Part shown: piece after piece, positions 35,914 through 50,616 of the stretch
Position numbering within the stretch: the stretch's first letter is position 1
How the letters are laid out: every line of letters begins with the position of its first letter
Source of the DNA: Macrostomum lignano
Lineage: Eukaryota
Assembly (NCBI GenBank): GCA_002269645.1
Contig: NIVC01000668.1
Location: 1-55,864, forward strand
DNA length: 55,864 nt
Reading direction: 5' to 3'
Position numbers and translations under genes: made by a program
The notes under the pieces: generated by a model
Told to the model about the DNA's origin: nothing
What the model saw: the letters and a program-made list of their open reading frames with translations, nothing else
Database searches by the model: none

Positions 35914-37406
35914 TCAAACAGAAGTACAGGTGACAGTCGCGAGCTGTGTAACCTGCTCCTGGTCTGCACCGTCATTTCGATGCTGCAACCGACCCTGCAG
36001 CTGGCGCATCTGCAAGCCGTCGTTATTTTCAACGTAGGCCAACGCCGAAGACGACGTGATGGAAGCCAGCGGAGCCGCCGCTTCCTCATCGCCAGCCGCC
36101 CCGACAGACGACCGGTGTCGCCTCCTGCGACGCCTTGACGATCGAATCGAATCTTCTTTGATCAAGTCGTCGTCTTCTTTGGCTTCGATTTCGAATTGGT
36201 TGACGCTCTTGTAACTATGGCTACCATGACGGGAATGACAACTTCTAACCCTGCTTTGATTCTGGTAGTTGTTGCAGTTGTTGTTGCTCTGCTTCTGCTG
36301 CTGCTGCTGCTGTTGTAGGCTGGCTGCCGCCATCTGCAGCTTCTGCTTGTTAAAAAGGCTGCGCAGAGCTCGACGAAACTTGACGCCGAAAAAGCAGTAG
36401 AGCAGAAAGTTAATCGACGAGTTGACAACAACCATGAACTGCGCCACGATGTAGAAGGCCTGCTGCCCGTGGCTCGGAGGCTGCGATCTGAGGGCCACGG
36501 CCCACAGGTTGTCAACTAGAGCGAACGTCTGGCAGAAGACAAAGACGACAACCACGCTAGCCAGCATGAGGCTGATGCTGCGGTCGCGGTCCTGCCGCTT
36601 CTGCTGGTGGCTGTGCCGGCCGAGAATGCTGCCCTGGGCTCGCCGAGTGGACTTGCGGATCTTGTGCACCAGCAGAGCGTTGGACACGGCCAGCACAAGC
36701 AGCGGCAGCACGAACATGAACACCGAGTACATGAAGCCGTGGTAGATTCTCTGGTATAAACCATCGCCTTCCAGGCTCCAGTTGGTAACGTTGCCGTCTG
36801 AACCGGGCAGCGCGCTGACGAACCTGATCTTCTCCAGCGCCCTGGGCACATTGTACAGCGCCGTGAAGGCCAGTATGGCGACCACCACTCGGACAGCTCG
36901 GCCGCGTTTGCACCAGGCCGCCGATCGGAGCGGGAACTTGATTGACAGGTAGCGTTCAACAGTGAAACAGGTGGTGACGTACATGCTGCACATGTGGATG
37001 AACAGTGACAGCGGGTACAGCACCTTGATTGACGGGCTATTTGACTGCATGAGGCCGGAGAACACGGCTGACACCTGCGGCAAGCCCATGCAGATGTCGA
37101 ACAGCAGCAGGATCACAATGTCCAGGCTGGCCAGGGCGATCAGGTACACGGATGTTGACGAGGCCATGCGCGGGTGAGTAGAACCCGGATGCTGAGCAGG
37201 TTGCCAGCGATGCCCAGTCCGCTGAGCCCGGTGCCGGCGCAGCCCCACAGGTAGTACTGCAGATTGTTGAGGCCCCGCAGAGCCGCCGACTTAGCGCTGC
37301 TGTTCTGCGAACTGTTCTGGAGTTTGGAGACTGTTGATGATGGAGTCTGCGACTGGCACAGCGGCAGCGACAGGATTAGCAGCAGCAGTGGCAGCGGGTA
37401 GCGCAT
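35914..37406 (-). CDS. Rhodopsin-family neuropeptide GPCR, FMRFamide-receptor-like, with one 1-nt frameshift near 37179
   Basis: ATG at 37406 (MRYPLPLLLLILSLPLCQS signal peptide). TM1 GIAGNLLSIRVL, TM2 YLIALASLD, TVERY, TM7 VVNSSINFLLYCFFGVKFR. The span is 1493 nt, one short of 498 codons. Confidence 0.85.
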
Positions 37407-37699
37407 TTTTTCTGTAAACAGAAAGTAAAAAAGCTGACGCAGGTGCAGGAAAAGCAGCTCAAAGACTGTAGGGCGTGACTCATTGAACTGCTCAACAGAA
37501 TCACTACTCATTGACTCCATCCTGTTCTCTATTATTTCTCACTTTTTCCAAGCCAAAAATTTCCTTTTTCCGCATGCAAATAATAGGTAATAATTTGGGC
37601 AAAGGTTGGACAAAACAAGAGAGGGTTGGTCAGTTTTTATGTTGACATTTTCTCTTCTCACTCTCACTTCCCCACTGTCCTCCCCCTCTCTCCATTACA

Positions 37700-38625
37700 C
37701 CCACACTCACGCTCACCCTCTCCCCTCATTACACTCACCCCTCTCCCCTCATTACACTCACCCATCTCCTCTCATTACATTCACCCTCTCTCCTCATTAC
37801 ACTCACCCTCCCCATTACACTCACCCTTCTCCCCTCATTACACCCACCCTCTCTCCTCATTACACTCACCCTCTCCCCTCATTACACTCACCCTCTCCCC
37901 ATTATACTCACCCTCTCTCCCTCATTACACTTACCCTCTCCTCATTACCCTCTCCCCATTACATTCACCCTTCTCCCCTCATTACACTCACCCTCTCTCC
38001 TCATTACACTCACCCTCTCCCCTCATTACACTCACCCTCTCCCCATTATACTCACCCTCTCCCCCTCATTACACTCACCCTCTCCCCATTATACTCACCC
38101 TCTCCCCCTCATTACACTCACCCTCTCCCCATTATACTCACCCTCTCCCCCTCATTACACTTACCCTCTCCTCATTACCCTCTCCCCTCTTTACACTCAC
38201 CCATCTCCCCTCATTACACTCACCCTCTCTCCTCATTACACTCACCCTCTCCCCTCATTACACTCACCCTCTCCCCATTATACTCACCCTCTCCCCCTCA
38301 TTACACTTACCCTCTCCTCATTACCCTCTCCCCTCATTACACTCACCCATCTCCCCTCATTACACTCACCCATCTCCTCTCATTACACTCACCCATCTCC
38401 CCTCATTACACTCACCCATCTCCCCTCATTACACTCACCCATCCCCCCTCATTACACTCACCCATCTCCCCTCATTACACTCACCCATCTCCCCTCATTA
38501 CACTCACCCATCTCCCCTCATTACACTCACCCATCTCCCCTCATTACACTCACCCATCTCCCCTCATTACACTCACCCATCTACTCTCATTACACTCACC
38601 CATCTCCTCTCATTACACTCACCCA
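37700..38625. repeat. ~23-bp minisatellite (TCATTACACTCACCCATCTCCCC)n
   Basis: Degenerate direct repeat, more regular toward 38625. Confidence 0.9.
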
Positions 38626-38988
38626 TCACCCTCTCCTTCCTCTCAGTCTCGCCTCCCCCACCACACCTTTCTGTTATTCATCTGTTTGTTCATTGATATT
38701 GGCTTTCTTCTCTCATCCCCATTCTTAGGCCCTATGTCATGGCACTCCCTTCCCATTACTGCTGACTGGCCACAACTACTAATAAGATTGCAACGCGTTG
38801 CTCGTAAAACAGTCAAATATATAGTTGTTTCACTGTTCCTACAGCGGATTCTGCTTTCGTATTCAGTCTATTCTTCTCCTAGAAGCAACGAGTTTAGAAT
38901 TTCAAGCCAGCCTTGAATAATATCTTAAAAGCAATTTTAAATGAGAGTAGAAATATTACCGCATAGAAAATCGTCTACAGATGTAAAT

Positions 38989-39172
38989 TTACTCACCTCA
39001 AATTGGAAACGATCCCAGAAGCAGGGCTTGGAAAAACTGAAATAAATTGCAAGCGATGATTCTTCAAGAATCGAAACAGCCCACACTGCGCTATATTCCA
39101 GTCTCCAGTAGCCAGCTGAATTCTTATTGGCTGGGCGATGGATGGCCAATGATCGATTAGTCACGTGACCTG
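38989..39172 (-). promoter_or_regulatory. Candidate 5' non-coding exon and promoter of the GPCR
   Basis: Minus-strand AG|GTGAGTAA donor at 38996, CCAAT/ATTGG motifs near 39127-39151, CACGTG at ~39162, and a matching acceptor TTTCTGTTTACAG at 37412. Confidence 0.35.
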
Positions 39173-39419
39173 GGTAAAACAGGCGTCTGGCCTCGCCTGG
39201 TTTGGCACCCGCCGCCTTTTGGGTCAGTACTTTCTGCCTCGTACGCAGCGCTGTTTTTGTTGTTTCAACTCTCTCATTCTCCTCTGCATATCCGACCCGT
39301 GCAGCTGCCTCTGTCTTTGTGAGGCCGTCCTCTCTAATTACTCTTCAGTCCCTGGATGAGGCAGGCGGATAAGTCTCAGAGTCATCCGGCTGGCGCTCTT
39401 CTAGTGATTTTCTTATTTA

Positions 39420-39685
39420 CTCTCACTGTGACTCTCACTGACTCTCACTGTGACTCTCACTGACTCTCACTGACTCTCACTATCATTCTCCCTGTGATCC
39501 TCACTATCGTTCTCACTGTGACTCTCACTGACTCTCACTGTGACTCTCACTGACTCTCACTGTGACTCTCACTGTGACTCTCACTGACTCTCACTGTGAC
39601 TCTCACTGACTCTCACTGTGAGTCTCACTGACTCTCACTATCATTCTCACTGTGACTCTCATTGAGACTCTGAGTCTCACTCTAG
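39420..39685. repeat. 10/12-bp repeat (TGACTCTCAC[TG])n
   Basis: Direct repeat. Confidence 0.85.
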
Positions 39686-40030
39686 ACTAAGCCAGAACCG
39701 CTATGGGAAATTTCAAATCCCATAGCATGCCCGTCCGGTTGAATGGAAGGGAAAGGAGAGAGAGAGGAAAGCGGCTGTTAGCGAGCGGCGGGCAAAGTTG
39801 CAAACAAAGGAAACCGGATATTTCGCGCCCGCACTTCCCATGCCGGCACTGGCTGCCCTTTGCTTGCGGCCGAGCGCCCACTGCCCTCCCTGCCTTGCCG
39901 GCCAGAAAATACCACCTTGAGGTTGAAGAGGCAGCGAATTTCTTTGACCTCATTTTGGAATGAAAATGCAGCCGGTGTTCGTTTTCTGCTGCAAAGCATT
40001 GTGGAGATAGATAATGAATGATTGATCATA

Positions 40031-45874
<5,844 letters not shown>

Positions 45875-45932
45875 GCGAAATGAAACCACGCACACAGTTG
45901 AAGCAAATTCACAATTTCTTTAATTCTAAGAA

Positions 45933-45978
45933 AATAACCGAATTTTCGACCTAAACAGGGTCTTCGTCAGGGTATATT
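45933..45978 (-). ncRNA. Minimal type I hammerhead ribozyme (unit 1)
   Basis: AAUAUACC-CUGACGAA-GACC-CUGUUUA-GGUC-GAA-AAUU-C^GGUUAUU: stem I AAUA(U)ACC/GGUUAUU, stem II GACC/GGUC, palindromic loop-less stem III AAUU, predicted cut after 45940. Confidence 0.85.
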
Positions 45979-46115
45979 GTAAATAAAAAACTGTGAAAAA
46001 AGGGCAAATTAAAACAGAGTTAAATATTTATAGTGAGTATAGAAAGACGCGAATAAAATAAAATAATCAATATGGTTTGGCGGGCACGATGCAACGCGTG
46101 TGTACATCTGTACAT

Positions 46116-48356
46116 CTAGTGCTCAACTGAAAAGAGGTTTGAGTTTCGGGCCTGACCATTAGTTACGGCGGGCAGATTGGATGGACATAGAATGTCCTTT
46201 AATGAGCGTGAGCGAGTATAGGCAGCCACCGTATCCAGCTCTGCAGCGTGGTTCGAAATGGCCGTGCGAATTTGATGAACAATTCGCCCAGAGTGGTCCG
46301 TGAAAGGGATCACTATTGGGATGCAGGCGTCTTTTTCAGTGATGACGGTGTTTAAGCCTGCTGGAGTCTGGGTCTGTAGTAAAGCGATGAGCTTCTGCTC
46401 CATATTCCTCCGCCTGCGTTGAGCACCCTCTTTAGTGGTCAGGCACTCAGTACTGAGGTACCACAGACCCATAAAGCGGAGGTCCTGAATACTGTGGTTT
46501 GGTGACCGAAAGTGCCTGGAGATTGGGGTGTCCTTAGCCAGTCTGATGTCGCTCAGGTGAGCCTGAAGTCTGACTTTAAGAGCGCCTCCAGTCTCACCTA
46601 CGTAGATACAGCGGTCATTGCAAGTCTTGCACAGAATGGCATACACCACATTCCTGGAGTCACAGCGGACTTTTTGACAAATTTTGTAAATCATTTTTGT
46701 AGCGCTGGACCCTAAACAAACTTGGCCAAAATGCCCGTGCTCTCTGCAAGGACGGCAGCTTAGATTGCCACAATCCTGGAAGCCGAACTCCCACCGACCA
46801 TCAATGTAGAGGCCCAGCTGGATGAGGGCAGATTTTTTAGAATCCCTGATTAAGCGGACAGAATATCCTTGTTTCTTCAGGATGCTTGTTAAGCTGCTGC
46901 TGGCCTCATCGAAGTCTTCTTTAAATGTGCAACGGCGAGCGTAACGGAGGAACTGAGATTTCAGTATACCTTTGAAAGTGTGCTTTGGGTGAAAAGACCC
47001 CGGATTTAAAAGCTGGCGTGAATCGGTGGGTTTGAAGTAGATTGAGCACGAAAGTCTCTTGTTGTTGCCTTCGTCAGTCAGACTGACACAGCAGTCCAGG
47101 AAGTGAACCTTCTCTTTGCTGTATTGCATCGTGAGTCGGATGTTGCAATCGAACTCATTCAGATGCTTGTGCATCTCCTTTAGTTCGTCTTCAGTGCCGA
47201 CGAAGACCATAAAAATGTCGTCAATGTAGCGCTTGAAGAAACGAGGGGTAAACGGAGCAGTTTCTAAAGCTTTGGATTCCCAGGCAGACATAAATATGTT
47301 GGCGTAGGATGGCGCAAAGGCCTTTCCCATGCTTGTGCCTTTGATTTGAAGGTAGCGCGTGTCGTTGAAAACAAAATCATTTTTGTTCAAGTTAATGTCC
47401 AGGAGCGCAAGAAGATGGTTATCTGGCCTTGAGGTTTGGGGAAATGTTTGAAAGGCATCTCTAATGGCGTCCATCCCCTTATCAGTGGGAATATTGGTGT
47501 ACAGGGATTCAACATCCATTGTAACCAGAAAGACATTTTCGTCTTTTTCAAAAATCAAATCATTAATAGCCGCTTGAAAGTGGTCCGTGTCTCGGATGAA
47601 GGAGTCTTGTTCCTTAGCGATCGGCTGTAGGAAGAGATCGATAAATTTGGCGCTCATGTAGCTTTCCGAGCTGCAGTCCGAGACAATGGGTCTCCCAGGA
47701 GGCACTCCAGGAGTAGGCCATTCTTCGGGATCCTTATGGATTTTTGGCAAAAGGTAAAAAATTCGATCTCTTGGAATAGTTGGCGGAATCAGTTGCGAGT
47801 ATTGATGATTAGTAATTATCTTTTCTTCTTTAAGATCTTGAAAAATGGCTTTGATAATGGCACTGGTCTGGGCGCTCATTGCAGTGTCAAGGGGTTGGTA
47901 GAAGGTCCTGTTGGAGAGCTGCCTGTTAGCTTCCAGTATGTAATCTGTTCGATTCAAAACGACCATATTGCTGCCCTTGTCGGCAGGTTTAATGACGATA
48001 CTGCTATTGTCTCGAAGAGTCTTCAGTGCCATTCTCTGCTGCTCCTGAAGGTTTGGCTTGTTGTGTATGATTCTTGGAATTCTAATCCTGTCAAGGCTTT
48101 CAAAAAGGTCTCTGTGAGAGCGCCACTTGTCCAAGTTGATGTTGGGGATCGAAGCTCGGCCAGTATAAGGGATGCGCGGGGTGAAAGCACACGTGCGACG
48201 CTGAAGCAGGGAGTTAAGAACTATTCTCTGCTTGAAAACCTTGATGGAGTCAGAAAGGACGCTGGACCCCATAACAATTGGGGCTGGCACAAAGTTCTTC
48301 CCCATTCCTAAAATTTCGGTTTCGCAGTCAGAAAGACGATAATTCGATAAGTTCAA
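46116..48356 (-). CDS. PLE ORF2: reverse transcriptase + Cys-rich linker + GIY-YIG endonuclease (unit 1)
   Basis: NLS..LS..E..IL, KPADKG, YLLPKIHK, GRPIVS, MDVESLYTNIP, KGTSMG..FAPSYAN, RYIDD, HFLD, YFKPTD; C..C..C linker; VVYAILCKTC..YVGET..L..R...H..HF...H..E...I.....P.GLN. The ORF-track start is TTG. Confidence 0.95.
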   Translation of the reverse strand: MNLSNYRLSDCETEILGMGKNFVPAPIVMGSSVLSDSIKVFKQRIVLNSLLQRRTCAFTPRIPYTGRASIPNINLDKWRSHRDLFESLDRIRIPRIIHNKPNLQEQQRMALKTLRDNSSIVIKPADKGSNMVVLNRTDYILEANRQLSNRTFYQPLDTAMSAQTSAIIKAIFQDLKEEKIITNHQYSQLIPPTIPRDRIFYLLPKIHKDPEEWPTPGVPPGRPIVSDCSSESYMSAKFIDLFLQPIAKEQDSFIRDTDHFQAAINDLIFEKDENVFLVTMDVESLYTNIPTDKGMDAIRDAFQTFPQTSRPDNHLLALLDINLNKNDFVFNDTRYLQIKGTSMGKAFAPSYANIFMSAWESKALETAPFTPRFFKRYIDDIFMVFVGTEDELKEMHKHLNEFDCNIRLTMQYSKEKVHFLDCCVSLTDEGNNKRLSCSIYFKPTDSRQLLNPGSFHPKHTFKGILKSQFLRYARRCTFKEDFDEASSSLTSILKKQGYSVRLIRDSKKSALIQLGLYIDGRWEFGFQDCGNLSCRPCREHGHFGQVCLGSSATKMIYKICQKVRCDSRNVVYAILCKTCNDRCIYVGETGGALKVRLQAHLSDIRLAKDTPISRHFRSPNHSIQDLRFMGLWYLSTECLTTKEGAQRRRRNMEQKLIALLQTQTPAGLNTVITEKDACIPIVIPFTDHSGRIVHQIRTAISNHAAELDTVAAYTRSRSLKDILCPSNLPAVTNGQARNSNLFSVEH

Positions 48357-48361
48357 GACTT

Positions 48362-48398
48362 GGTTGCTAGCCGCATTCCTAAAACCTACAAGTTTTTT
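48362..48398 (-). promoter_or_regulatory. Putative -1 ribosomal frameshift signal (A_AAA_AAC, 5-nt spacer, hairpin); second copy at 52863-52899
   Basis: ORF1 ends CAA AAA AAC TTG TAG. The ORF2 frame is -1 and open from 48443. The downstream GGUUUUAG-GAAUGCGG-CUAGCAACC can form a bulged 8-bp stem. Confidence 0.7.
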
Positions 48399-50331
48399 TG
48401 TACTTTGCCATAGACAATCCTGAAGACCTCCAAGGCCGATTGGTCAGATAGTGTGACCTTGTCTGACAGGAAGGTCAAACCCTGTCTGGGTAGTGACATG
48501 TGCCCCTTCTGGTTGAGATTCTGGGCATGGCGGTTCAATTTTTCCACATTGCTTCGGACGCTGTCCGTTGCCTCGGCATCCACCACTGAGTCAAGTGTGT
48601 AGATGTTTGCCTCTGGAAAGGCCTTGCGACAATGATTCACGATTGTCGTGAGCTGTTTGTCGAGGACACCTTCAAATTGTCTCGACAGGTCATGACCACA
48701 AGGGAAGAGAATGACCGCTTTGACAGCTGAGCTAGGGCTTTTCAACTGCTCACGCAGCACCCTGATTAGGTTCTCAGCGCGTAGATTCGGAAAAATTTCA
48801 AATTGTACATCTGGGTGCGCTTGCCCGGGCTCAGAGAGACTCTCATCGCCGATCGCGATCGTTGACTTTTCGATAGGGGTCAGTTTCCAGTCTTTCTTAA
48901 GTCCCCTATGGACGTTAATCTGGCTTGGTTGAGCAAGTGCCGATCGAGGAGGGGTCAGCTCAAGACTGTCCCTATTGCTGTCACTGGCAAGCCTGGGTGG
49001 CTCAGCGCAAGCAAATCTACTCTGTAAAAATGCAACGTTGTCGGTGGGTGTCGCAAAAGACACGAAAGAGTCAGCTTGGCTGGCATCGATGTTGTTGCTA
49101 TTAGCAGCAGCTGGGGATGTCTGGTCACAGACCACCCCGTGTCAAGCCCCTGGTCACAGGCGACTTGACTCTGCTGTTGACGACTCGAAGTCAAGATGGC
49201 AGGTATTGAAATAGCTGATTCGTTTTGATCAGCAGCAATGGAGTTTGCAGGTGGAGGTGTCTGGTCACAGACCACCCCCGTGTCCAGCCCCTGGTCACAG
49301 GCAACTGGACCCTGCATTTGCGAATTGAGCCCTTCAGGCGGCTCTTCTGTCGGAAAAATCGGCGGGCAAGCTTGGTTGTCCTCGTCCGTATGGCTTAGCA
49401 TGCTCGGTTCCTCGTTAAAGCCTCGCCAGTCGGGAGATTCTTCCATGCCCGTTGAAGGGCTGGAGGGACGATTCCCTGCTGGTTGCTCCCTCCCCTGCTC
49501 AGTTGTCACAGGGCTGGCGGCTTGGTGGGGTTGATTCGAACCCACCACCCCAGACAAGAGGTTTGAAACGGGAACCCCCATAGAGCTGGTGGTTTGGTTG
49601 CTTACAATCACAGTATCAAAAGAAGAGATAGTCCTACCTTTGTTAGCAGTAAATTCAGGTACCTTCAGCTCGATGGACATTTTTTTCAGCCGGTATTGCA
49701 GCAGATCAGGGCTGTAGCTGAATCTTCTGCCGAGGTCCTTCGCCGCCCAGTGAAAACCGACTTGCCAGCCGGTTTCCCAATCAGAAGGGTCAGCGTCCTT
49801 CCTGGCTTCCAGAAGTTCAGCAGCTAGATGATGGATGCTGATCTCATAATGGCTCTGCATTGTGTCTAGCGTGCTGACTTCCCACTGATCGGCGTTCTCA
49901 GCAATCCGCGATTTTGTCGATTCCGTGGGCACTGCAGGCCTGATTAGTGTTTTCAGCTGCTGAGACTTTAGTCGGATCGAAGATGGTGTCACCTGCCAAT
50001 TTTCCAGGTGGTGAGCAGCACGAAACAGCTGTTTGACTTGGCGGGCGACTCCGGACGCGGCGGTTGTCAGCGACCCACCTGCATTCCGACGTTGTTGCCG
50101 GTCGCCGCCCGTCCTGTCCTGCGTAGCGCGGTCTCTTTGGCGATGGCGGCTTCTAGATCTGACATCGCCGTCACGCTGGCGATCAAACTGCCGGCCATGT
50201 TCTGGAGATAGTCGCCTCACAGCCGAACGCACACCTTGGTACTGCTGGCCATGTGGACGACTGTTTGGTTGTTGAGGTACTCTTGCTTGGCGGTGATGCG
50301 AGCTGTACCAGCTTCGGCTTTTGGTCGGCAT
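48386..50331 (-). CDS. PLE ORF1 (consensus 648 aa) with C-terminal SGNH-esterase-like domain; unit 1 lacks one C near 49137
   Basis: ATG at 50331. R/Q-rich N-terminus, helical domain (HHLENW..IRPA.PT..W..HY), S/P-rich linker, IAIGDESL..IFPNLR..VILFPCGHD. The two units complement each other's single-base loss. Confidence 0.8.
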
Positions 50332-50433
50332 AGGGAAACTGTGAGATTGCTTCACTGGTCCCGGGAGAAGATAATGCGAAATGAAACCACGCACACAGTT
50401 GAAGCAAATTCACAATTTCTTTAATTCTAAGAA

Positions 50434-50479
50434 AATAACCGAATTTTCGACCTAAACAGGGTCTTCGTCAGGGTATATT
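50434..50479 (-). ncRNA. Minimal type I hammerhead ribozyme (unit 2)
   Basis: Identical to 45933-45978. Confidence 0.85.
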
Positions 50480-50616
50480 GTAAATAAAAAACTGTGAAAA
50501 AAGGGCAAATTAAAACAGAGTTAAATATTTATAGTGAGTATAGAAAGACGCGAATAAAATAAAATAATCAATATGGTTTGGCGGGCACGATGCAACGCGT
50601 GTGTACATCTGTACAT

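Noticed and set aside
33417-38916. ORFs (LSLHES)n and the His/Pro/Ser-rich ORFs 37606-38916 and 37626-38696
   Set aside because: Products of the 21-bp and 23-bp minisatellites.
47736-48311. 191-aa plus-strand ORF (and its copy at 52237) and other antisense ORFs over the PLE, GPCR, lectin and TRAF genes
   Set aside because: Shadow ORFs opposite well-supported genes, with no domain signatures.
48407-48419. 13-nt match GCCATAGACAATC between PLE ORF1 and the 79-bp satellite
   Set aside because: A single short match inside coding sequence, compatible with chance.
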